Positions 54,659 to 64,000 of a DNA stretch of 64,000 bases are shown here, in pieces. Position 1 is the stretch's first letter. Every line of letters starts with the position of its first letter. The DNA comes from Ascoidea asiatica JCM 7603 (Eukaryota > Fungi > Ascomycota). The stretch covers positions 62,001-126,000 of the forward strand of contig BCKQ01000017.1 in assembly GCA_001600695.1 (NCBI GenBank), in the 5' to 3' direction. The notes below the pieces were generated by a model. That model was not told the DNA's origin and searched no databases. It was given only the letters and a program-made list of their open reading frames with translations. The translations under genes were made by a program, and so were the position numbers.

Positions 54659-56350
54659 TTATTTCTTTTTACCTTTATTTTTATTTTTATTATTATTATA
54701 ATTATTTTGATTTGAAGTTGATTGATTTGTTTCTTCAGTAAGTTTATCAGTATTAGCTATAACATCTTGAACTTGATAATTTTTAATTGTATTTCTAATA
54801 AACCAATCAGAAAATTTTCTTGCAATTTTTAATTCAATAATAGTTATTAAATTATCATTATTTAAATTAATATCAAAATCTTGAACATTAGAAATTGAAC
54901 CATCTAATAAATTAATTTCAGAAGAATCAATAATTTTATTTGAATCATTTTCATCCCATTTAACTTGTCTATTATTTAATTTAAAAGAAAGTAAAGTTGA
55001 TCGTAAATCATCTAAATTATTAATTTTAATTTCTTCATCAGAATTTAAAAAAGTTAATAATTTATTTAAATCCATTGTTGAATATAAACTTAAATAAGCT
55101 TTTAATACAGAACTATAAATTGAATTTTTAATTTTAATCATAAAAACTCTTAAATGTAAATTTACAGCATCAACGTTTAATTCAGGATGATCAAAACTTG
55201 GTAAAGAAATTGAGATAAATCTTGGAAAACCAAATTTGAATAATTCTTCATAAACAGTAATAGTTTTATCAAAATCAGAATTTTTATTAATTTGAGATAA
55301 TTGTTCACCATATTTTTGTTTAATATGTTGATGTAAAGAATCATCAATTCTTGAAGGAGATAAACCAATACATATAGTTAAAAGTGCATACATTTGTTCA
55401 GATCTTCTTGTAATTGAATCATATTGACCAGATTTATTAATATTTTTTGTTCTTGAAATAAATAATAAAATATGAGAAAAAATTCTTGAAGCATCAGAAT
55501 ATCTATGCATCATAAGATAACAACAACCAACATAATAATAAGTTGTGAAATGACAACCAGGTATTCTTGTTAAAAATGCTTTTTTATTTAATTCAATATC
55601 TTCCATAGTTTTAAGAGCTAAAGTAAAATCACCTAAAACAGTATGAATTCTTAATAAACCAATAATTGAAAAATAACCTAAATTTTTATATAAAGGTAAA
55701 ATACCATAATCACCAGCAATTTCATTAATTTTTTGTTGAGATTGATTTTGTCTTTGAGCTTGTAATTGTTCTTTAATTTTTGAACGACCAATTAATGAAT
55801 AAAGAGCATTTAAAACAGAATATGCACTCCAAATTTCCGGATGTTCTTGTAAATAATTTAGTTGAGCAATATCTTGATCATTCATTTTATTTTTATAAGT
55901 TAATTTTGATCTATAAACAGTAAATTGAATAAATTGATAAATAAATTCATCAATTATTTCCCAAAGCCATTTATTTGGTAATTCAAAAGTTACAGGACCT
56001 CCTTCATTATTTAAGATAAGATTAAATAAATTACAATAATTACTATATGAATCACATCTTTGTTGTAAAGAAGGGGATAATTTTGCATAAATATGTCTAT
56101 AATAAACTTCGGAATACAATACAAGAAATACTTGATCATTATTAACTAAAGGAGCTACATCTTTTATAGGATCTGGCCAAGTAGTTGATTTATAGAATTT
56201 TTCAGTTAATTTATTAAAAGTATTTTCATAACAGCCATGAAGTTCATAAACATTATCATCTAAATAACATTTATAAAAATATTGAATGAATTCCTTAACA
56301 ACATCAGGAATTGTAGAAGAAGAAGTAGAAGAAGAAGAAGATTGATCCAT
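54659..56350 (-). CDS. Translation initiation factor eIF3 subunit L (Paf67 domain)
   Basis: YENTFNKLTEKFY, LY.EVYYRHIYA, LPNKWLWEIIDEFIYQF, LGYFSIIGLLRIHTVLGDF..AL, YYYVG.CYLMMHRYSDA. Confidence 0.9.
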   Translation of the reverse strand: MDQSSSSSTSSSTIPDVVKEFIQYFYKCYLDDNVYELHGCYENTFNKLTEKFYKSTTWPDPIKDVAPLVNNDQVFLVLYSEVYYRHIYAKLSPSLQQRCDSYSNYCNLFNLILNNEGGPVTFELPNKWLWEIIDEFIYQFIQFTVYRSKLTYKNKMNDQDIAQLNYLQEHPEIWSAYSVLNALYSLIGRSKIKEQLQAQRQNQSQQKINEIAGDYGILPLYKNLGYFSIIGLLRIHTVLGDFTLALKTMEDIELNKKAFLTRIPGCHFTTYYYVGCCYLMMHRYSDASRIFSHILLFISRTKNINKSGQYDSITRRSEQMYALLTICIGLSPSRIDDSLHQHIKQKYGEQLSQINKNSDFDKTITVYEELFKFGFPRFISISLPSFDHPELNVDAVNLHLRVFMIKIKNSIYSSVLKAYLSLYSTMDLNKLLTFLNSDEEIKINNLDDLRSTLLSFKLNNRQVKWDENDSNKIIDSSEINLLDGSISNVQDFDINLNNDNLITIIELKIARKFSDWFIRNTIKNYQVQDVIANTDKLTEETNQSTSNQNNYNNNKNKNKGKKK

Positions 56351-56555
56351 TTTGAAGTAACTAATACTGAATAGATAACACTAATTGGAATTTGATCTTA
56401 GATGAAATTGAACAGAATATATTCTTCCTCAAACAGTTCTTTATCGAAATAATTGATATTATTCTTTCTACAGTAGTTCAATTACTGATTTTGATTTATT
56501 ATTTTTGTTTTACCTCTTGTTTTACTTCTACTTTTCCTTTGGTGGTCGAGTGAAT

Positions 56556-56667
56556 AAATTTTTCACTCTTCACAACTCTCACTTGGACAAATACGCACGG
56601 GCTCGCTGTGAGAAAGTGAAAGAGGCTGGAGAGCAAGGCTGGAAAGTGAAAAAAAATAGATCACGTG
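56556..56667. promoter_or_regulatory. RRPE (AAATTTTTCA 56556-56565) and Cbf1 site (ATCACGTG 56660-56667) upstream of eIF3L
   Basis: Motifs read directly; typical of ribosome-biogenesis/translation promoters. Confidence 0.45.
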
Positions 56668-56867
56668 TGTATATGTGGCTAATGATATATTTTTTCATTT
56701 TCATTCATTTTCCAACTCGTGCAGAGGAAAATAGAGAAAGAAAGGTGTAACTGTAAATTTGTAAATAGAGTGAATATTGTATATTTATTGTATCTTTTGT
56801 ATTTATTGAAAGCTATGTAAAAGAATGATTATAAACTTAAATAATAAATACTAAGAACTAAGAATAA

Positions 56868-58457
56868 CTAACAAAAATCATGAGAGTAATAGCTTCTCTT
56901 TCTTTTAGAAGAAGTACTAGTGGTGGTTTCTCTTGGTGAATGATCAATATCTTTAATCATTTCACTAATTTCATCAATATCAACTTCTAAAATCTCTGCA
57001 AGAAAATTTCCAATTTCTGTATTTTCTCTAGCTCCATGTAAACTTTCATAAATTTTAAAAAATCCATTAACTGTATTAGAATATCCATAGATATTAACAT
57101 CAACTGCAGAATGTCCATATGTACTCCATCCAATTCTTGCTCTTTTTGAAATTGGTTTTGTTAATGATTTTAATGGAGATTCTAAATTTTCAATAATTGT
57201 TTCAATTTCTTCATCTGTTGAATCTGTAATATTCAATTGATTTAATAATATATCATATTTAATAAATTCTTTTAATTCATCATTATCATTATTATTATCA
57301 TTATCAATTAAATCTGAATTTTCAATTAATGTTGATAAATATTCACCAGAATGTTTAACATTCATTAATTTTTCTGGATACCATGCATAAACTGCATCTT
57401 CTTCATCTTCTGATTGATAAGCAACTGATAATCCACCAGTTTCATGATCTGAAGTTGTAACAAGATATGTTTCAACTTCAGAATTATCAATAAATTCTTT
57501 AACTACTTTAAATGTATTATCCCAATCAATTGTTTCAATAACTTGTGCTGCTGGATCATTTGCATGTCCTGCATGATCAATTCTTGATGCTTCAATCATT
57601 ATGAAAAATCCATTTTCTGAATTTTCTGTTGCTTTTGATAATGCATTTAATCCTGTTAATGCTTGTTCTGCTAATGATGGATTTTCATTTGAATCTCTAT
57701 CAATTTCATATGGTAAATTTTCATCTCCTAATAATGCTAATAATGGAAATGTAACATTATTTCCAAAATTTAATTCATCAAATGATTTTTTATCTCCAAC
57801 ATAAGACCAACCATCATTAATAGCTTCGTCAATTAAATTTCTATTATCTGATCTACAACCTGAATTACCATATTTTGTTTCAATATCTGATGGATAAAAT
57901 GAACATCTACCACCTCCAATCATAAGATCAACAACTTTACCTAATGGATGTGAACCTAATAATTGTTCTGCAAGTTGATCTTCTTGTTTTCTAGAATCAA
58001 CATGACCAAAAAAAACTGCAGGTGTTGCATCAACTGATGAACTTTTAACAACCAAACCAGTTTTATAACCTTTTAATTTTGCACCTTCTAATACAGTACC
58101 AAATGGAATTTTATTTGGATTAACACCAATTGCACCATTATAAGATTTTTGTCCACTTGCAAAAGCACAAGCACCAGCTGCACTATCAGTTATAAAGGTA
58201 TCAGTTGATCTTGTTCTTGAAGTACCAATTAAATAATTTTCAAAAAATAAAATATCAGAATATGTTAAATTTTCTCTTGTTTGATAAAATGATCTTGCCA
58301 TATTAACAGCTGCAGGTCCCATACCATCAGTAACCATAAAAATTACATTTTTTTTATTTTTAAAAGTTGTTGGAGCGGCATTTGTTGGTAATGAATTTAA
58401 TAAACTTGAGATTAAAAAAATATAATTGAAAAAAAAAGAAATTAAAAATTTACTCAT
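56868..58457 (-). CDS. Second Pho8-family alkaline phosphatase, with apparent cleavable signal peptide (secreted)
   Basis: Hydrophobic N-terminus without cytosolic tail, ending PTNA-AP; VIFMVTDGMGP, ITDSAAG, EASRIDHAGH, TSDHETGG, GHSAVDV intact; acidic; C-terminal KRKR. Confidence 0.88.
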   Translation of the reverse strand: MSKFLISFFFNYIFLISSLLNSLPTNAAPTTFKNKKNVIFMVTDGMGPAAVNMARSFYQTRENLTYSDILFFENYLIGTSRTRSTDTFITDSAAGACAFASGQKSYNGAIGVNPNKIPFGTVLEGAKLKGYKTGLVVKSSSVDATPAVFFGHVDSRKQEDQLAEQLLGSHPLGKVVDLMIGGGRCSFYPSDIETKYGNSGCRSDNRNLIDEAINDGWSYVGDKKSFDELNFGNNVTFPLLALLGDENLPYEIDRDSNENPSLAEQALTGLNALSKATENSENGFFIMIEASRIDHAGHANDPAAQVIETIDWDNTFKVVKEFIDNSEVETYLVTTSDHETGGLSVAYQSEDEEDAVYAWYPEKLMNVKHSGEYLSTLIENSDLIDNDNNNDNDELKEFIKYDILLNQLNITDSTDEEIETIIENLESPLKSLTKPISKRARIGWSTYGHSAVDVNIYGYSNTVNGFFKIYESLHGARENTEIGNFLAEILEVDIDEISEMIKDIDHSPRETTTSTSSKRKRSYYSHDFC

Positions 58458-58951
58458 TTTTAAATTATTAATATTAATATTATTATTATTTTTGATATTA
58501 TTTCTATAGAATTGATATTACTATTAATATTATTAATTATAGCTAATAAATTAATAATTATTTTTTAGAAAAAGATAGGAAATGAAAGTTCTTAAATATT
58601 AGTTTTTGGAAGAAAGAAAAAATAGAAAGAATTAAATAATGAATAATGAATTGAAGAATGAACTGAATAATGAATTGAAAATGAATTGAAAATGAATTGA
58701 AAATGAGTTGAAAATGAATTGAATGGAGAATTAAAGGATGAATTAGGTTTAAAATGAAGAAAACGTTTTGGAAGTTTGAAATATTAATACAAAATAGAAG
58801 AATTAAAGGGTTTTATTTAATCAATCAAAAGGGTAAATGAATAGAAATATTAATTGAGTAAGATTTACAGATTTATATCATAAGGGTCTAATTTTTGATG
58901 ATAAAAATGGAGAAATTGAAGAAAGTTGCACAAAACCAAATTTAAACTTTT

Positions 58952-58960
58952 CCCACGTGT
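58952..58960 (-). promoter_or_regulatory. Pho4-like site (ACACGTGGG) upstream of the secreted alkaline phosphatase
   Basis: CACGTG 58954-58959 without a 5' T (non-Cbf1 flank), about 500 bp upstream of the ATG. Confidence 0.45.
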
Positions 58961-60476
58961 CAGACTAAAGTTTTGATAGTTTCAATAATATTGACAAAAT
59001 TAGCTGAAGTAAGGTAAATAGAAGGTGAAAAGCATAATCCTCGAAAATAAAATTGAAGAAGGTTTTCTTAAATGAACCGAACAAGTTATCCAAATTGAGA
59101 ATACAAGGGAGTGTGAACCCTTTATTTTGACTAAAATCAAAAGAAAATTAAAGTTATTTCCACTCAAAAGCTGTTATTATTTCGGAGAGGTATTACTGAA
59201 CTTCAAAATAGGTACTTTTCTAAAATATCAATAAATTTTTGATTACTTCGGATCATAATAAAGCATTGTAAGTTATAAAGTTATTCAATTCAAAGAATAT
59301 GAAATATAGAGAAAGATCACTAATGCTTTTGTGCTTTAATATAATAAATACTCAATATACTAAAAGCAAGTACTAAACTGTATAAACCTCAGTAAATAAA
59401 ATATTTCGAAGTACAAAAACTGAAGCCAATGTTACGGGAGCGCTGAAGGGTGAGCTCAAGAACCTGTTCTGTTTTAACTTGCCCTGGAAGTTCTTGGAGT
59501 GTGTCCTACCAGCCCGTGCCTTCCCTGAAATTTGCCACAATTATTTAAAACTCACATCATCTGACTATATATGCCTTTCAATGCAGTATGCTGTTTAACT
59601 GTAATTGAGTGGCGCGTTTTGTATAAATGCGGACGTGAGAGTGGCTTTTGGCTTGGCAAGTGTGGCAGGTGCAACTAGGTGGCTGGCGGGCGTCCCATTT
59701 GGGCGGGTGTCCCGATTGGGTGCGGTGTCTTCTGAGCAGGGATCTTGCAGGCACCGCTGCACGCGTATTGCGCATTCTACGCGTTTCGCGCGGTCTGCGT
59801 ATTTCACTCCAATTTCAGAGCTCGACTGCTCTTCAGCGCCAGCATTGTGCTCAAATCCTGTGTCTTTCTTCCGCTTGCACAGTAATTTCATTCTGGTCGT
59901 CTTTCTTTTTCCACTGTTTTCAAGATGCTCAAGAGATATTCAAAGATAGATTCAAGATTTTTTACATCTTCAGGAAATATTCCAAATATCTGTTAAAGAG
60001 TATTATATATTAAGTACTGTATAAAATACCGAATAAATAAAGCAAAAAAAGAAGAAGGATCCTTTAATTCATTCAATAAACAAAGAAATAAATCTGGTCT
60101 ATTATCTCAATAAATAACTGATAAATATCCTTACTTTCTTTCCATTCCTATTCTTTTCTATTAATAAGACTTCTTCTCTCTTTTTCTAATCTTCATTTAT
60201 CATTCTTTTGTCTATTTTTATATATTCTAATTTTACTTAAACAATAACAAACAATAACAAACAAAGTGATAATAAAGTGATAATAAAGTGATAATAGAAT
60301 CACCAATTACAATATCTTACTTTCGCTACTATTTAAATTTACTTTCTTTTTTACAATCTAAAAGGGTCTTCTTCTGTTCTTTTTAATTCTTCATTTTTTC
60401 ACTTTTTTTTGAAAAAAACAATCAATATTCATTACAATTATTATTACTATATTATCTTTTTTTTTTTTTTATTTGA

Positions 60477-61895
60477 ATGTATTTTATAAATTTCAATATG
60501 ATTGATAGAAAAGAGAAAAAATATAAATTATTAATAGTTTTACTATTTTTTACTAATTTATTTTCTTTTTTTTATATTTTTAAATCTTTTAATAATTCAA
60601 ATGATGATTCTTTTACTTCTGATTCTTTATTTACTTCAAAAAAAAAATTAGATCAATCTCAATTTTTATCTGATTCTAGTTCTACTTCAGATTCTTCAAT
60701 TCCAATTCCAATTCAAATACCTTCAAATGATAATAATAATGACAATTCTAATAATTCAAAACCAAAAATTGATAGAAAATTATTACAAAATGATAAATTT
60801 TTTAATAATAAAATTATAAATAATAATTTATTATTTCAACATTATATAAATAATGATGAAAATAATCAATATCAAGTTTTTACTTATCAACCAATAAATT
60901 TAATATCTTTTGATGATATTCAACATTCAAATATTAATAATCCAAATATAAAATTTGATATTAATGATGATTCAAATTCAACTTTAATTTTATCAACAAT
61001 TGGTTCTTCAAATGCTTATGGTAATAATAGATCTTTTAAAGATTTTTTTAATGATTGTATAAATTATTTAAATTTTAATAAAAATCAATTATCTTTAGCA
61101 TTTTCTTTTGTTCAATTAAATGATTTAAATATTGCTTTAAATTATTTAATTGATAATAAATTATTATTAAATTTTAAAAAAATTACTTTAATTCATGCAC
61201 CATTTATTGAAAATAATAATAATAATAATAACAATTTAGATTATTCAAATAGACATTCAAATAATGTTCAAAGACAAAGAAGATCAACAATTGCAAGAGC
61301 AAGAAATTTTTTAATTAATATTGCATTATCAAATGAAAAAAATGTTTTATTTTATGATGTTGATATTATAAAAATTAATAAAGATATGTTAAATATTTTT
61401 TTAAATTCAAATAAAGAAATTTTAGTACCAAGAGTAACTTTAGGTCAAAGAGTTGATTATGATTTAAATTCATGGGTTGGACCAAGATTTCAACCAAATG
61501 AAGAAGAATTAAAAAATCATCATGATTTAGATAATGAATATATTTTTATACCTCATGATGATGTTGAAAATGGTTTATTACATTTAAAACAATTAGTTAA
61601 AGATGAAGATCAACAACATAGTAATTTAGATCCAGATAATATTGATTTAAATGATTTAAAAACTTATAAATTAGATTCAGTTGGAGGTGCAATTTTATTT
61701 GTTAAAAGTTTTATTTTTAAACAAGGTATTCAATTTCCACCATTTTATTTAATTGGTAGTGATTGGAATTATCCTGAAGGTGGTTATGATGGTATTGAAA
61801 CTGAAGGTTTATGTTATCAAGCAAAAACAATTGGTTATCAATGTTGGGGTATGCCAGATTTAGTTGCAAATCATTATTATAATCCAGATTCATAA
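60477..61895 (+). CDS. Anp1/Mnn9/Van1-family (GT62) Golgi mannosyltransferase-like protein
   Basis: Type II anchor; RH...VQRQRRSTIARARNFL, DxD motif YDVDII, YDLNSW, LDSVGG..LFVK, IETEGLC..AK. Confidence 0.82.
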   Translation: MYFINFNMIDRKEKKYKLLIVLLFFTNLFSFFYIFKSFNNSNDDSFTSDSLFTSKKKLDQSQFLSDSSSTSDSSIPIPIQIPSNDNNNDNSNNSKPKIDRKLLQNDKFFNNKIINNNLLFQHYINNDENNQYQVFTYQPINLISFDDIQHSNINNPNIKFDINDDSNSTLILSTIGSSNAYGNNRSFKDFFNDCINYLNFNKNQLSLAFSFVQLNDLNIALNYLIDNKLLLNFKKITLIHAPFIENNNNNNNNLDYSNRHSNNVQRQRRSTIARARNFLINIALSNEKNVLFYDVDIIKINKDMLNIFLNSNKEILVPRVTLGQRVDYDLNSWVGPRFQPNEEELKNHHDLDNEYIFIPHDDVENGLLHLKQLVKDEDQQHSNLDPDNIDLNDLKTYKLDSVGGAILFVKSFIFKQGIQFPPFYLIGSDWNYPEGGYDGIETEGLCYQAKTIGYQCWGMPDLVANHYYNPDS

Positions 61896-62537
61896 GTGGT
61901 TTTTTATCACCAATATGATTTGATATGATATGATATGATATGATACGATAATATTAATATTTTATTCTTTACTATGTTTTATTTATTTATTTCTTTATCA
62001 ATATTTATAACATTATTTTTTTTTTTTTTTAAAATACTTTTTAATTCCCTATTTACTTATCAATCACACCCTATTTTCTAATTCCCTTGCTCATCCCTAT
62101 TTCCTCCCCTTTTTTTCTTTTTATACTTTTCTTTTTATTCATCTATATTTTTGTTTATAGTTATTATATTTATTCATAAACTTTTGTCTAAGGTTATTTC
62201 TATTTTTATTTCTTTACCAAACATTCTTTGCTTCATCATTTAATAAAAGAAAGTCAAAAAATTGAAAAATATCAGATGGGGGCAGCAATGTCCTATAATA
62301 TTTGTTATCAAGTCCTAAATATGGGCCAAATTTCAAATATCACGAAAAAGAGCATCACGTGAACAATTAACATTGAGCATTTTACACTAAAGGCAATGAA
62401 TTTAGTGATAAAAAAGAAAGGGTTCAGATTATGGTAAATTGTTGATTTATACAGGAATAGTTGAATATGCAAAGAGAAATTGAAAAGAGCTTGAAAGCAT
62501 TATATATTATATATATATATATGTATATAAGATTAGC

Positions 62538-62885
62538 TTAGCTTAACATTAGAGGATGACCTTGTTTAACTTTTTCAATAGTATCAGAATTTATTTCAGC
62601 AGAATATCCACAAATTGAACATTTACAACGTTTACCCCAAGAAATTGGAATTAAAGGAACAAAAAATAAAGTAAAAAATCTTTTATGATTTATTAATCCA
62701 ACTGAATTATTATGACATCTTGGACAATTAAATTTCTTATTAACTATTTGAGGATCTTTCATATCAGAATCATATGCATCAACTATTATTAGAAAATAAA
62801 TATTTATTTATGTTAGAAAATATTTCTATTCAAAGTAATGAAACTAATGATTTTACTTACAACCAAAAAGTACAATTGGACACAT
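62538..62885 (-). CDS. Spliced zinc-ribbon protein (UPF0768 / YBL029C-A-like), 89 aa; exons 62885-62861 and 62782-62538
   Basis: ATG 62885, donor GTAAGT 62860, branch TTCTAAC about 62818-62812, acceptor TAG ending 62783; the spliced product MCPIVLFGFDAYDSDMKD...CPRCHN...FFTLFFVPLIP...CSICG is in frame. Confidence 0.85.
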
Positions 62886-63524
62886 TTTTTTAAAAAGAGT
62901 GATTATTATCTAAGTGAAGAAAATATTATAATATTGAATTGAGAAATAAAAGGGAAATATATATATTTATTATAATATTATCACAATTGATACTACTTCT
63001 TGATCATTGAAATAAGTAAATAAAGTAAATAAAGTAAATAAGAAATACTGATAAATTGTTAACTGGGCAATTCTAGCACTCACTGCTATCACTCACTGCT
63101 ATCACCTTCAGGGACAATAAACTATTGCCATTTTGTCATATTGCATACTGGAGCAATAAACAAAGAGCACCCACAAATATGGCTTCAATTTTGTTTCCGG
63201 AGTGTTCCATAGTGTTCCGAAGTATTCCTTTATCGGGATTTAATCCTACCAGCGGATCGCACAACCGTGCTCGGACAGTCCAAAATCCAAATAAAAGGAG
63301 GTCTGGAAGAGGTCTAGATAAAATCAAAAGGGGTCTGTGTTTAAACCACTTCGAATTCGATAAAAATACCCATTGAGAAGAGTGAATTTATCGAATTTAT
63401 CAAATTCATTTAATGAAGATATTAGAATAATGACTAAAATGATAGAGGAATTCAATCAAGATTCAACTTAGGATTCAAATATATATATTAGTTCTTTCAG
63501 TTTAATAATCCCCCCTTGAGGATC

Positions 63525-64000
63525 ATGATAAAGTCAATAAAGCAGTCTAAAAAAATAGCTATAAATTTAGAACAATTACTTTCAAAATATGATAATTCAA
63601 ATGATACATATATTGATACTGATACTGATACTGATGAATTTAATATAAATGATAAATTGATAGAAAAATTCTCAAAAAGGGATAAATTTTATGTTTTGAA
63701 TACAACAAATAGATTAAATCTTTTAAATAAACAAAAACTTCAAAAAAAGATATTCTTAGAACAATATTATAAAAAAAAATCAATAAAATTAAATCAATTA
63801 AATTTACCAATTAATAATAATAAATTTGAACAATCAATAATTAATTCAATTTTTGATTTCAATATCTCGAAGAATAATAATAAAAAAAATAAAATTTTAT
63901 TTAAAAAAACTGAAAATTTATATCCAATAAAATCTTTTTCAATTAAAGATAAAAGAATTGAAATTATTAATAAAAGATTATTATTATTAAAATTATTTAC
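63525..64000 (+). CDS. Unknown K/N/I/L-rich protein, partial (runs off window end)
   Basis: Frame open from ATG 63525 (MIKSIKQSKK...) for 158 codons to the window end. Confidence 0.5.
   Translation, partial: MIKSIKQSKKIAINLEQLLSKYDNSNDTYIDTDTDTDEFNINDKLIEKFSKRDKFYVLNTTNRLNLLNKQKLQKKIFLEQYYKKKSIKLNQLNLPINNNKFEQSIINSIFDFNISKNNNKKNKILFKKTENLYPIKSFSIKDKRIEIINKRLLLLKLF

Overview
Extremely AT-rich genomic DNA from a budding yeast (Saccharomycotina). The evidence is yeast-type genes, mostly intronless ORFs, and GTAAGT/CTAAC introns. The composition and poly-Asn proteins are reminiscent of Ascoidea-like lineages, but the species cannot be established from this window. About 22 protein genes are present: PRE1, COG1, JEN1, SUR7, DAM1, a C-terminally truncated TPS3/TSL1, HUL5, FET3, a pogo/Fot1-derived HTH-psq protein, an orphan membrane protein, SEH1, CBF1, an Rnt1/Dicer-like protein with an apparently dead RNase III domain, KRE9, MRP49, MRPL38, two tandem MNN4/LicD paralogs, two PHO8-type alkaline phosphatases (one membrane-anchored, one apparently secreted) flanking RPA34 and eIF3L, an Anp1/GT62 glycosyltransferase, and a spliced zinc-ribbon gene. 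Partial ORFs run off both ends. Most notable: (1) the pseudo-Dicer with two dsRBDs and all four catalytic carboxylates substituted; (2) a domesticated transposase DNA-binding module fused to an N/S-rich tail; (3) a possible phosphomannan and phosphate-scavenging neighbourhood; (4) TPS3 lacking its phosphatase-like domain; (5) a structured 5'UTR intron in CBF1; (6) GC-rich promoter islands in a genome whose coding DNA is very AT-rich. All homology calls come from motif recognition from memory; no searches were run.
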